64,000 bases of DNA from positions 704,001 to 768,000 of the forward strand of contig OY776215.1 in assembly GCA_963675495.1 (NCBI GenBank), read 5' to 3'. How positions within the stretch are numbered: position 1 is the first letter of the stretch; the number at the start of each line of letters is the position of its first letter. The stretch is from an uncultured Methanolobus sp. GTDB lineage: Archaea; Halobacteriota; Methanosarcinia; Methanosarcinales; Methanosarcinaceae. Shown one piece after another: positions 10,701 through 20,440 of the stretch. The notes below the pieces were generated by a model. The model saw only the letters and a program-made list of their open reading frames with translations, searched no databases and had not been told where the DNA came from. Position numbers and translations under genes: made by a program.

Positions 10701-10917
10701 AATCGGAATTTGCCGGGAAGATATGAGTAAACTGTTCAAACCTTTCAGCCAGATAGATTCATTTGCTTCAACTGATTATCAAGGGACCGGACTTGGACTT
10801 GCATTAGTCAAAGAACTGGTTGAACTGCATGGTGGAAAAGTATGGGCTCAGAGTGAACTCGGGAAAGGAAGTAACTTTACATTTGAATTACCAATAGACA
10901 ATAAAGAGCAGGAATAA
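7735..10917 (+). CDS. Cytoplasmic multi-PAS/GAF sensor histidine kinase
   Basis: Repeated PAS/PAC ends (DITERK), H-box FLANMSHEIRTPLN, NLIGNAIKFT, DNGIG, GTGLGL. Confidence 0.95.
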   Translation: MTKRDYISEDEPSNIPKENNDGFEKLVDELPLGMLACDREGNITTVNDFLLDLLNSPSADATKKINLLTFPPLVEAGISKIVEETLNNGKNTSLEGPYRSKWKKELFLSFKAFPKKNEYGHICGCYAIVEDITSRRKANIEFEQNKHKDELISKISSRFINSNFKGIDSDINKTLKDLTDFVGADIVALFSVHENTGYIVKTHEWHIEGVISKIPLNEKWDTEKIVFKQLSNSQIISIPDTDKISEKNTHIQEILQDLEIKSIAMIPLSHHGAFKGFIGAISKNKKTDWNDNNLYVLKIVGDMIVNIIDRQNTERLLLKKEEEYEKIIHSIDSIVWKVVFDKEGNTLKTYIAESVDRILGLPDGTIATDWDKYLDYIHPEDLQRVIDKIALSFKNPGTSLNADYRMLVDDGRIIWMNSTGNSYLQDDGTFLTHGTSVNITERKIAENKLRESEALLNEVGRIAKIGGWELNVASGTITLTPEVASIHETDKVDNLQGGLGHFPQGSREILEKAINDAVEKCEPYDHELEFISAKDNHKWVRAIGRPVIEDGKVEKLIGTLQDITERKEAEIKLERNEIKYHALFEQSNDAIFLNELDGQIVDINKKACEMFGYTREKLQNMNVVELLAPEQIDSASLGMQQFRDNGFVHMYPLYIKANGETFDAEVNAKVLEGYPDLGLAIVKDISEQKKIEEKIIRSETKYRSLFEKSNDAIMIHDLNGKILEANDRACEMFGYSEEELKQRSMMDLTLPEDREDIKSRFQKIKTEGYCRRENKMLRSDGSLIYVDVSASLLKTQQDTVQTVGRDITDRVLTEAAAINAKIEAETASRAKSEFLANMSHEIRTPLNSIIGFSDVMINGIAGELIPKQEQYMQHISDSGHHLLNLINDILDISKVEAGKMELHFEMIDVPTSMNEIITMMQSLTFIKNIKVNANIGENVPNIRADRSKFKQIMYNLIGNAIKFTNDEGEINILANVEGSKLLVSVIDNGIGICREDMSKLFKPFSQIDSFASTDYQGTGLGLALVKELVELHGGKVWAQSELGKGSNFTFELPIDNKEQE

Positions 10918-11416
10918 GTATCAATTGCTCCTGTCAGAATAAATAGTGACTTTATTAAGCTTAACTATATGTTTCCACCAGCATAAATGCTGTAAAATAA
11001 ATGAAAACTAATTTTTCTTAAGGAAAGTGACCCTGGCAAAGCCAGGGTAACTCTGGAAGTGGGACGTTGTGGAGTTTGAAGGAGGTAGTTGATGGATATT
11101 CGAATTGACCCACATCCGCAAATGCTCCAGAGTAATAATACTCTGACAATTTGTCGTTCTATAATTACTAGTATATACATGTATCGTGAAAATATAAATA
11201 CAGTAGACATTATTTATAATTGTGCAACAAAATAGACAACTGTATTGTAAACCAGTATATAAACAAGAGTAAACATATTAGAATTTCTGTAAATAATTCA
11301 TAAAACAAACAAACTCACGCACACCCTTCAAACTTATTATATGATAACAATAACCACAACTCTTATGTATCTACAGAAAATAGTTTAGACAAATTTGGGA
11401 AGAGGAAGAAGCAAAT

Positions 11417-12049
11417 ATGGACAATACTGCTTTTTTGATATATGCGTTAAGTTCTCTTTTCGTTATAGTCAGCCCGATTGGCGGAGTTATCACATTTGTT
11501 TCACTGACAAGTGATATGAAGGTGGATGAAAAAAACGCAGTCGGCACAAAATCCGTAATCCTTGCCTGTATCATTGCTTTATTTTTCGCCGTGACAGGAG
11601 AAATGATACTGAACTTTTTCGGAGTGAGCATTGACGCATTAAGAGTCGCTGGTGGAGTACTCCTTTTTACTGTGGCTTTTGATATGATACTGGCAAAGGT
11701 TTCCCGTGAAAGTATCACAGACACAGAAATAAACAAATCAATGGACCGTAGCGATATATGGATATTCCCCATTAGTCTACCGCTTTTAACAGGTCCGGGC
11801 ACCATTACCACTGTAATAGTTCTTATGGGAAGTGCATCCTCAATATTACAAAACATGTCAGTCCTGTTTGCAATTATTGTCACTTTTGCTATAACCGGGA
11901 TATTGTTCCATTTTTCCAGAAGAGTATACAAATTCCTTGGACATACCGGGATGCTGGTATTTACAAGGATTATGGGATTGTTGCTTGCAGCAATGGCTGT
12001 AAATTTCATTTCCCTTGGACTCTGGAATATTTATACATCATTTCAGTGA
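11417..12049 (+). CDS. MarC family membrane protein
   Basis: SPIG, RVAGGVLL, PISLPLLTGPGTI, RIMGLLLAA. Confidence 0.93.
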   Translation: MDNTAFLIYALSSLFVIVSPIGGVITFVSLTSDMKVDEKNAVGTKSVILACIIALFFAVTGEMILNFFGVSIDALRVAGGVLLFTVAFDMILAKVSRESITDTEINKSMDRSDIWIFPISLPLLTGPGTITTVIVLMGSASSILQNMSVLFAIIVTFAITGILFHFSRRVYKFLGHTGMLVFTRIMGLLLAAMAVNFISLGLWNIYTSFQ

Positions 12050-12123
12050 TACCTATTTGTAGCTGTAGGGAAGCATAACAATCACAATGATTTTATCTGA
12101 TAATATCATAAACCTGATAGAGT

Positions 12124-14850
12124 GTGAGTGACGAAGTGCCGGAAGAAAGGGGCTTTCAATGCAAATCAAAAGGTGATGAACATAGTGTTCCACTAGAAGA
12201 TATTTTAAAAAGAATCAATACAACAGCTGAAGGCTTATCTTCTGAAGAGGCAGTTCGAAGAATTGATCTGTGTGGAAGGAACGTTTTTGAAGAAACTGGA
12301 AAGGAAAGTGTCCTTGCCAAGTACTTCAAACAGTATAAGAACTTTTTTTCTCTTCTACTTTTATTTGGTTCTACACTCTCATTTATTGCTGAGTGGCTTG
12401 ACCCGGGACAGGGTAATATTTTCATAGCCATAGCCTTGCTTGGGGTTGTGATACTCAACGGCAGTTTCACATTCGTCCAGGAATACCAGGCCGAAAGGAT
12501 AATGGCAAGTTTCAAGAACCTCATACCGCCAAAAGCCCGGGTAATTCGAAACGGGAAGATCACAGAGATACTTGCCACCGAAATTGTAGTGGGTGATGTA
12601 GTCTATCTTGAAGAAGGTGACAAAATACCTGCAGACGGCAGGGTCATCGAAGAGAACTCACTTAAAGTTGACAACTCACCAATAACGGGAGAAGCTGAGC
12701 CGCAACTACGTTCCCTGGACTGCACACATCCCAGTATACTGGAGTGCAGGAACATGGTATTCTCAGGAACACTTGTCCAGACAGGGAATGGCAAGGCCAT
12801 TGTTGTTGGCACTGGTTCGGATACACAGATAGGTAAACTGGCGGCTCTGACAGAACAAACATCTTCCGTAGATACACCCATTCGAAAAGAACTCAATCAT
12901 TTTATCAAGATCATTTCTGCAATCGCAATCTTTCTTGGGGTTTCCTTTTTCCTGGTAGGTTTTCTCATTCAGGATACATTTCTGTCAAATCTCATCTTTG
13001 CCATTGGAATTATCGTTGCGAATGTACCTGAAGGACTTCTGCCAACGGTAACACTTGCCCTAAGCCTTTCATCAAAGAGAATGGCAAAAAGAAATGCCCT
13101 TATAAAACAACTGGAATCCGTTGAAACTCTTGGATCCACAACTGTTATCTGTACTGATAAAACAGGAACCCTCACACAGAACAAGATGGCCATACATTCT
13201 GTTTATACCGGCACCAAGCATCTTGATGTGGAAAAAAAGACACCTCCGGCGGAGATTTTTTTGCGTGTGGCCACTATATGTAACAATTCAAGGCTCACTG
13301 AAGAAAAACCCGGATACAAAGGAGACCCCACAGAAGGTTCTTTGCTCGTATATGCCAGCAGGTTCACAGATATCGAGCAAATGAAGGGGGACTATCCTCG
13401 GCTAGAAGAATATCCTTTTGATTCCAAAAAACAGAGAATGCAGGTAGTCTGTAAAACACCAACCGGGGAAATAGAATCATACCTAAAAGGAGCACCTGAA
13501 GTAATCATTGACATGTGTGACCATATACTTATCGAAGGAAATGAGGAAATACTCGACGAAAAACGAAAACATGTCCTTGAAGAAGAACACATTGTCATGG
13601 CAAAGAAAGGAGAAAGAGTACTTGCCTTTGCTTACAGGAAAGCGGACAACGCAAACGAATGTGAGGATTGTTTCACCTTCATTGCATTTGCAGGTGCTGT
13701 GGATCCACCTCGTCCGGAAGCAAAAGAAGCCATCAAAAAATGCCATCTTGCCGGCATCAAGGTTGTTATGATAACAGGTGACCATCCGGTCACTGCACGT
13801 TCCATAGCTTCAACCGTGGGTCTCACCAATGACCACGAAGAGCCAGAATTGATCACTGGTACGGAACTCGAGGAACTCTCAACAGAAGAGCTTACACAAA
13901 GAATGAAAGCTCCAAGCATTGTATTTGCACGTACGTCCCCTGTGCAGAAACTCAAGATAGTGCGCGCTTTCCAGACAGCAGGCGAAATAGTAACAATGAC
14001 CGGAGATGGTGTAAATGATGCACCTGCCATGAAGAATGCAGACATGGGAGTTGCCATGGGAAGCGGTACGGACGTTGCAAGGGAAGCAGCGGACATGGTA
14101 TTGCTCGATGATAACTTTGCAACCATTGTCAATGCGATAGAAGAGGGCAGGACTGTATTTGATAACATAAAGAAGTTCATAGCTTACATCCTCACTAGCA
14201 ATGTTCCTGAAATATTGCCATTTATCGCCTTTGTGCTTTTGGCACTTCCATTGCCAATGAACGTACAGCTCATCCTTGCCATAGACCTTGGAACTGACAT
14301 AATTCCGGCATTGTCCCTTGCAGTTGAAAAAGGAGAGGGAGATATAATGAAACGCCCTCCACGTCCCAGAGAAGAAAAACTGTTGACACCTCAGGTACTG
14401 CTTACGTCCTACGGGATCAAAGGACCTATTGAAGCTGCTGCCGGATTTGCATGTTATTTTGCAGTACTGTTCGATGGCGGATGGACATGGGGACAGCAAC
14501 TCCCATTCACAGACACTCTTTACATGCAGGCCATAACAGCCTTCTTTGCAGCTGTCATTGTCTGTCAGATAGCAAACGTATTCACATCAAGGACCAGACG
14601 ACAATCAATATTTACAAAAGGACTTTTCAGCAACCGTATGGTGCTTCTTGGCATAGCCAGTGAGCTTCTGATACTTGCCTTCATCGTCTACAACCCACTG
14701 GTAAACCTTGTATTCAACACAGCAGCAATATCAATGAAATATGTACTCATCGCAGTACCATTTGCACTGCTTCTGCTGGGAGTGGACGAATTCAGAAAGT
14801 ATGCCATCAGGAAAGACTCACCATTTGTTACCCGCTTCTTCAAATGGTAA
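12124..14850 (+). CDS. Cation-transporting P-type ATPase, type IIC (Na+/K+-ATPase-like)
   Basis: TGE, DKTGTLT, GDGVND, plus IIC membrane motifs VANVPEGL, YILTSNVPE, IDLGTD. Confidence 0.93.
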   Translation: MSDEVPEERGFQCKSKGDEHSVPLEDILKRINTTAEGLSSEEAVRRIDLCGRNVFEETGKESVLAKYFKQYKNFFSLLLLFGSTLSFIAEWLDPGQGNIFIAIALLGVVILNGSFTFVQEYQAERIMASFKNLIPPKARVIRNGKITEILATEIVVGDVVYLEEGDKIPADGRVIEENSLKVDNSPITGEAEPQLRSLDCTHPSILECRNMVFSGTLVQTGNGKAIVVGTGSDTQIGKLAALTEQTSSVDTPIRKELNHFIKIISAIAIFLGVSFFLVGFLIQDTFLSNLIFAIGIIVANVPEGLLPTVTLALSLSSKRMAKRNALIKQLESVETLGSTTVICTDKTGTLTQNKMAIHSVYTGTKHLDVEKKTPPAEIFLRVATICNNSRLTEEKPGYKGDPTEGSLLVYASRFTDIEQMKGDYPRLEEYPFDSKKQRMQVVCKTPTGEIESYLKGAPEVIIDMCDHILIEGNEEILDEKRKHVLEEEHIVMAKKGERVLAFAYRKADNANECEDCFTFIAFAGAVDPPRPEAKEAIKKCHLAGIKVVMITGDHPVTARSIASTVGLTNDHEEPELITGTELEELSTEELTQRMKAPSIVFARTSPVQKLKIVRAFQTAGEIVTMTGDGVNDAPAMKNADMGVAMGSGTDVAREAADMVLLDDNFATIVNAIEEGRTVFDNIKKFIAYILTSNVPEILPFIAFVLLALPLPMNVQLILAIDLGTDIIPALSLAVEKGEGDIMKRPPRPREEKLLTPQVLLTSYGIKGPIEAAAGFACYFAVLFDGGWTWGQQLPFTDTLYMQAITAFFAAVIVCQIANVFTSRTRRQSIFTKGLFSNRMVLLGIASELLILAFIVYNPLVNLVFNTAAISMKYVLIAVPFALLLLGVDEFRKYAIRKDSPFVTRFFKW

Positions 14851-14867
14851 TCATATAATGATCTTTA

Positions 14868-15719
14868 TCATTTCTTTTTATGGAAAACCACTTCAGTATG
14901 AGGATACGCTATTTCCACATCATCGGATACTCTTATCCGGTCAAATATCTCCTTTGTGATCTTCGTGGAATACACATTGAGCTGTCGTGCCGGAGAAAAG
15001 TACTTAATGTGAACATCTATCCCACTTGCCTGAAATTCAAGCTTTATATGAGGACTTCCAGGACTTGTGCTGATAATACCTGCAAGGAACTTACGAGCTG
15101 CAAGATCAACTATTTCAATTGCGTGGTCAAGGTTGCTCTCGTAGGTCACATTAACTATCACACTGTCCAGAACAAAATCATTGTTTGAAGTATAATTGAT
15201 GATATTCTTCTCAAAAAGCATCCAGTTTGGAACCATGACCATTCGCCCTGAGTTCTCCTCATCCCCGATCAGACCTCCTATTTCCATCACATGCACATGC
15301 GTCAGATTGATATCGATAACATCACCTTTCACATCACCTACGATTATCCTGTCACCTATATCAAAAGGCCTTTTAGTGACAACCATAGCCCAGGCAGCTA
15401 TACCCGAGATAGGCTTCTGAAGAGCAAAACCCATGGCTGCTGAAAGTAGACCGAGGAACACGCCAAATCCGGACCATGCACCGGAGGATGAAAGAACTGC
15501 AAAGAATACGATCAAAAGAGATAAAAAATATCTGAATATCTGACTGAATATCTTAATGTTGGAACTTTGTTTCTTCGTCTTTGCCTTAAGAAGAAGCTTT
15601 TTCTTTAGTAGCTCAATAGAAATACTAAGCAGGACCAAGAGTAAAATTACTACAATAGCTGTTGCGCTAATGTATAGTAATTTGTCTATATCTATGATGT
15701 CCTGCAAATTTAATTCCAT
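14868..15719 (-). CDS. mscS: Small-conductance mechanosensitive channel
   Basis: 3 TM, GFALQ, RPFDIGDRI, VPN, IAYP. Confidence 0.92.
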   Translation of the reverse strand: MELNLQDIIDIDKLLYISATAIVVILLLVLLSISIELLKKKLLLKAKTKKQSSNIKIFSQIFRYFLSLLIVFFAVLSSSGAWSGFGVFLGLLSAAMGFALQKPISGIAAWAMVVTKRPFDIGDRIIVGDVKGDVIDINLTHVHVMEIGGLIGDEENSGRMVMVPNWMLFEKNIINYTSNNDFVLDSVIVNVTYESNLDHAIEIVDLAARKFLAGIISTSPGSPHIKLEFQASGIDVHIKYFSPARQLNVYSTKITKEIFDRIRVSDDVEIAYPHTEVVFHKKK

Positions 15720-15763
15720 TAAACCATTCCATCAATAAATGATTCAAAAATGAAAGAACAGGG

Positions 15764-16285
15764 TTATTCTTTCTTTCCAAGCTTCTTGATCATTCCCTTT
15801 ATGTCAGAAGCTAGATCCTCTGCTTCCTTACCAGTTGCTTGAGCCAGTTCTTTGACTTTATCTACTATTTCCCCTGCGTCTTCCTTAAAATCGACAGACT
15901 TTATCGAAGCAGTGATCTTCTTGATTAGGTCCACTATTTCTTCTGTGATATTTGCAGCTTCATCACCTGTCACTTCGATAAGTGAATCCAGTCCGGCATT
16001 TACTTTATCGTAGTTCCTTCCAAGATTTACCTTCTCTGCAAGGACATCAAGCTCCTCACCAAGATCAGAAGCCAAATGCTTGGCTCCATCCCCGGTCTTT
16101 CTGGCAAGATCATCAATACCTTCAAACATTTTTTCCATGTCGTCACGAAGGTCTATGCTTTTAACGTCACCTACTATTTTTTTTATAGATGATTTTGCAC
16201 TGTTGCCAATCTTTTCTGCCTCATTACCAGTCTTATCAACGAGTTGATTCATTTCACCTGTTATTTTTCGAATAGTTTCTTTCAC
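15764..16285 (-). CDS. Hypothetical amphipathic helical repeat protein (LEA/apolipoprotein-like)
   Basis: Four TG(N/D/K)(E/G)A units, charged, no TM; GGGAGGGG RBS upstream of GTG. Confidence 0.7.
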   Translation of the reverse strand: MKETIRKITGEMNQLVDKTGNEAEKIGNSAKSSIKKIVGDVKSIDLRDDMEKMFEGIDDLARKTGDGAKHLASDLGEELDVLAEKVNLGRNYDKVNAGLDSLIEVTGDEAANITEEIVDLIKKITASIKSVDFKEDAGEIVDKVKELAQATGKEAEDLASDIKGMIKKLGKKE

Positions 16286-16373
16286 GATGACCCCCTCCCG
16301 AGTCTAAACATATTAGATTTTTTAAGTTATTAAATATATCGTAATCAGTGATTGAAACTGTAACAGACAATTA

Positions 16374-17399
16374 TTATTCCACCCTCACAACTATTCCCCT
16401 GAGGAGGCGGCCTAATATGTCTGAACCCGTTATGATAATTTTTTCAGGGTCTTCCCTGTTCCAGTAAAGTATGAGGTCATTGTCTATAACGTCATCCTCT
16501 GAATGTTCAGGATAAACTTTCAACTTATGGAGCACGTCACCGATCTGTTCTTTTGGGTCACTCACAATTATAGGATGGTGGCAGTAGCGGTATGAATTGA
16601 ACTCCGGTTTTCTGTATATAGCATCTCTCAGGAAGGAACCGGAGTCAATTGCCAGCACAGGTCCATCATTTTCATCCAGCACTATGACCCATTTCTTTGA
16701 ACTCGAAGCTATTCTTTTCAGCAATTCCTCGAACTCAGGACTATCTGATGAAGGAAATATGACAAGACCATTAAAAGTGGGAAGGGAAATTACGCTAGAA
16801 GGATCGACCACAGAGCCTTCCTGTTTGATGTTAAGATCATCTATGGACAAAAAATTCAGAGCACCAAGCCCTTCAAGATGATCAATGTCGCTACTCTCTG
16901 AAATGATATGCTTCCTGAGCATTATCCTGAGTGAGCGCTCTTTGAAGAACTCCATTTTCTCCTTTCCAAGCCACATATCCAAAATCACAGAGGATGGCTT
17001 TGCCACCGGATACAGTAGCACTATGTAGAATTTGATAAGCGGAGAAAGTATAGCTCCAAGTCTTAAGGAATTTCTCGTAAAATATGCCTGTGGAGCTATC
17101 TCACCGAAAACTGTTATGAGAACTGTAGATGAAATAAAGGCTGAAGTGCCAGCCATCACCGAATCTGTCAGCAATGTGAGAAGAACATTGATGCCTACAT
17201 TACCCCATAGTAAAGTAGAGAGTAACAGGTGAGAATTATGTCTGAGTTTCAGTACTTTCTTTGCATTCTCATTTTTAGCCTCAGCCTCGATCTCAAGACG
17301 AAGACGGCTCAGGCCAAACAGGCCGATTGTCAGGCCGGAAAATATACCAGATTGAAGCAGGCAAAGAACTATCAAAAACCATGTTATTGTGATATTCAT
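16374..17399 (-). CDS. CNNM/DUF21 transmembrane protein (Mg2+/Co2+ transport-related)
   Basis: SGIFSGLTIGLFGL, LLSTLLWGN, FGEIAPQ. Confidence 0.9.
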   Translation of the reverse strand: MNITITWFLIVLCLLQSGIFSGLTIGLFGLSRLRLEIEAEAKNENAKKVLKLRHNSHLLLSTLLWGNVGINVLLTLLTDSVMAGTSAFISSTVLITVFGEIAPQAYFTRNSLRLGAILSPLIKFYIVLLYPVAKPSSVILDMWLGKEKMEFFKERSLRIMLRKHIISESSDIDHLEGLGALNFLSIDDLNIKQEGSVVDPSSVISLPTFNGLVIFPSSDSPEFEELLKRIASSSKKWVIVLDENDGPVLAIDSGSFLRDAIYRKPEFNSYRYCHHPIIVSDPKEQIGDVLHKLKVYPEHSEDDVIDNDLILYWNREDPEKIIITGSDILGRLLRGIVVRVE

Positions 17400-17634
17400 G
17401 TATTATTCCGCTAAGGTGTTATTCTAACCCTCAGGTCTTGATATGAATATAAGAGTAGTAAAACCTTTCTGAAAAAAATACTGTTTTGCCTTTATTGTTA
17501 AGTGCAATTTTCTATGACCTGTGAAATTCACTTTCAAATGGCATATATTATTATACTCGATAACTCTTCTCAGATATTTTCATATAGAATCGAGGCTCTA
17601 TTAAAGATGGAGATATTTAAGGGAGAAGGGAATA

Positions 17635-19434
17635 ATGCTGGAAAGCAAATGCATAATAATAGCTGGTGAAGAAGCCGGACCGAAGTCCAATAAGATGGGA
17701 GGCATATGGAATGTTATTGATGCCGAAGCAAAGAATCTTGCCAATCTGATAGGTAAAGGTATCATTGATGAAAAAACAGCACCCAGTATAATTGTAGCAG
17801 GCCCCTATTATGGCCACAGCGGTTCAGACTGGAACAAAGGGCTGAATCGAATCACCGATATGAGCGATCTTGAAGAGATGGAAGATGAAGGTGAGATATT
17901 TGAAACCATCGAAGAGGTTAAAAAGAAAGGTATAGATGTTTTTGCCGGAACTGAACAGGTAAATGGCGTAAAAATAGTTCATCTTATGTTCAGAACAAAT
18001 GATTTTTGCAGGGTCAGCACGGAATATAAAGGACAGGAGATGTGCCTTGCCAATATGATAAAGGCCGAAGCGTATGATCATATTGGACTGAATTCCATGG
18101 CATATGAGAACCTGGACAATGGCATGGAGTATACCCATTACCTAAACCTTTCATACGCAATTTCTGAATTTGTAAAAACACTTGTAACACTCCGGGAAAA
18201 AAGCGCAGAAGAGTATGAGGACAAAGCAATATCTGAATTTGCAGCATCACTCATGCCAGCTATCCATGTTTCACTTCATTGTCACGAGTTTGGCGTATTC
18301 TACGCCCTTGCACGCCTTAAGAAATTAGGAATAAGTGTCAATACTGTTGCAACTTACCATGCAACACTGCCAGGCAGGTCGGCGGGACATCGCTCAATTC
18401 AGAAGATAAGGGAGAATGACAGCTCATGGGATAACGGAGTTCCGGTCCATTTCACAAAGCTTGAATCACTATCCGCATACTCCGACGTTGTAACTGCAGT
18501 AGGAGATTCAACACGTAAGGAAATAAAGCTCTTCTATGGCATAGATTCAATAATCGTCCGCAATGGAATAGATAGTGACAGAGATGAGATAGACTGGGAA
18601 AAAAAGATGGCCTGCAGGAAAAAAATACAGGAATTCCTTTCTGAAAAGATATACAATGTATATGACAGTAAAGCGATACCATCTGACAGGATAATACCTA
18701 TTTTTTCAATATCCCGTATCGAGATAGAGAATAAAGGATACCCTGATCTGCTTGATTCCCTTGTAATACTTGACAGGATGGTTAAAGTTGAGATAGATGC
18801 CGGTCACCTTGACGAGAATTACCGCGTGGTCTGTTTCATTATTGCCGCCCATGGACCTAAGACAACTCTTCCTGAGAACTTCCCCATAAACCTCCCTGAA
18901 GAGCTACTGGTGGGAGAAGAAATTCGCCTCCAGCAGATGATCGAGGCCAGAGGCATGGAATGTTCAAAAATACCAGATGGTAGCAGGCATGTTGCAGCAG
19001 TATTGTACCCGCAGTGGATATCTGAAAATGATGGCGGGCTGAATTTGAGGCCTGATGAGTTCATGGCAGGATGTATCGCCGGTGTTTTCCCTTCAAAATA
19101 TGAGCCTTTCCTGCTTACAGGACTTGAAGCGGGAAAAGAAGCAACCCCAAGCATTGTTAGTAAAATATGCGGATTCAGTGATGCACTCACGACCTTAAAA
19201 AGACTGGTAATGGGAATGGGAGGAGTGATCGTTGTGGACAATATCAATCTTCCGTATCTCGAATCAATTGCGGATTACGCCCTTGTCATGGACTATTTCA
19301 TTGACACATATACAGATGATAAGGTAAAATATAATCTCCTTTGTCAGGAAGCAAATCTACTTGCTAAAGACATGAACTGGGAAGAACCCATCAAAACATA
19401 CTATGAGCTTCTCACAGGAACGAGGATGGAATAA
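17635..19434 (+). CDS. Glycogen synthase, GT3 (eukaryote-type) family
   Basis: NKMGGIW, HCHEF, TYHATLPGR, SRIEIENKG, GVFPSKYEPFLLTGLE (E-X7-E). Confidence 0.85.
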   Translation: MLESKCIIIAGEEAGPKSNKMGGIWNVIDAEAKNLANLIGKGIIDEKTAPSIIVAGPYYGHSGSDWNKGLNRITDMSDLEEMEDEGEIFETIEEVKKKGIDVFAGTEQVNGVKIVHLMFRTNDFCRVSTEYKGQEMCLANMIKAEAYDHIGLNSMAYENLDNGMEYTHYLNLSYAISEFVKTLVTLREKSAEEYEDKAISEFAASLMPAIHVSLHCHEFGVFYALARLKKLGISVNTVATYHATLPGRSAGHRSIQKIRENDSSWDNGVPVHFTKLESLSAYSDVVTAVGDSTRKEIKLFYGIDSIIVRNGIDSDRDEIDWEKKMACRKKIQEFLSEKIYNVYDSKAIPSDRIIPIFSISRIEIENKGYPDLLDSLVILDRMVKVEIDAGHLDENYRVVCFIIAAHGPKTTLPENFPINLPEELLVGEEIRLQQMIEARGMECSKIPDGSRHVAAVLYPQWISENDGGLNLRPDEFMAGCIAGVFPSKYEPFLLTGLEAGKEATPSIVSKICGFSDALTTLKRLVMGMGGVIVVDNINLPYLESIADYALVMDYFIDTYTDDKVKYNLLCQEANLLAKDMNWEEPIKTYYELLTGTRME

Positions 19435-19436
19435 AA

Positions 19437-20414
19437 ATGTCGGAAATTCGTAAACACTATTTCCTTAACGAATATTGCATAATAGCGACCGGTAGAAGCA
19501 AAAGACCATCTGCACCAAAGGCCTGTGCTGAGGATATCAAATCTGATAGCTGTGTTTTTTGTAACGGCCATGAAGATAAGACCCCACCTGCAACTGCTGT
19601 TTACAAGAATGGCGAAGTACTCAAAGATACGGATGAACAACGCATAACAGACTGGGATGTAAGATGTATTCCTAACCTCTACCCTGCACTATCCCCTGAT
19701 GCTCCTGAAATTGACAATGTTTCATTTGAAGTCAAAAAAGGATATGGATTCCACGAAGTAATTATCGAGAACCCCCTTCATGAAAGCAGAATGCATCTTT
19801 TTTCAGACAAAGAGATGCTTCTTCTGATGAAGGTGTACAGGGATAGGGTGATGCACTATCAATCACAGGAAGGAATCAAGTACGTTTCATTATTCAAGAA
19901 CTGGGGGAAAAAAGCAGGTGCTTCTCTGGAACATACCCACACACAACTCATAGCTATTCCAATAATGCCTCCTACCATCACAAAAGAAAGAAAGGCAATG
20001 GAAGAGCTGGAAAACTGCCCTTACTGTAAGATCGTGGAGAAGGAAACCGGAAAAGAAAGAAAGGTATATGAAAATGCTGATTTCATCCTCATAGCACCAT
20101 ATTTTTCCAGGGTGCCTTATGAGACGTGGATACTTCCAAAAAAGCATGTGAACCATATATCGGCCTTTACTGATGAAATGCTCCTGGGTCTTGGCGACTG
20201 CATCAGGACAGCAGTTTCATTTCTGGACAGGACAATACCTGAATTGGCATACAACTACATGTTCTTCCAGATAGAACATGACCTGAGTTACCATTTCAAC
20301 ATTCGTATAACACCAGTGACTTCTATTGCAGCTGGTTTTGAGAAAAACACGGAAATATACATCAATTCAATGCCTCCGGAAATCGCTGTTGAATACCTGC
20401 TGGAGAAAGCATAG
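19437..20414 (+). CDS. galT: GalT-family nucleotidyltransferase (Gal-1-P uridylyltransferase / NDP-glucose phosphorylase-like)
   Basis: RSKRP, CVFC, PNLYPAL, GASLEHTHTQ (HxHxQ). Confidence 0.9.
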   Translation: MSEIRKHYFLNEYCIIATGRSKRPSAPKACAEDIKSDSCVFCNGHEDKTPPATAVYKNGEVLKDTDEQRITDWDVRCIPNLYPALSPDAPEIDNVSFEVKKGYGFHEVIIENPLHESRMHLFSDKEMLLLMKVYRDRVMHYQSQEGIKYVSLFKNWGKKAGASLEHTHTQLIAIPIMPPTITKERKAMEELENCPYCKIVEKETGKERKVYENADFILIAPYFSRVPYETWILPKKHVNHISAFTDEMLLGLGDCIRTAVSFLDRTIPELAYNYMFFQIEHDLSYHFNIRITPVTSIAAGFEKNTEIYINSMPPEIAVEYLLEKA

Positions 20415-20440
20415 GAACACATATCATAAGAAGTGATCCA

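Noticed and set aside
11030-11070. GGCAAA...GTGGGACG resembles a c-di-GMP-I riboswitch
   Set aside because: The GCAAAG continuation and P3 stem after GACG are missing, and the P2 pairing does not fit.
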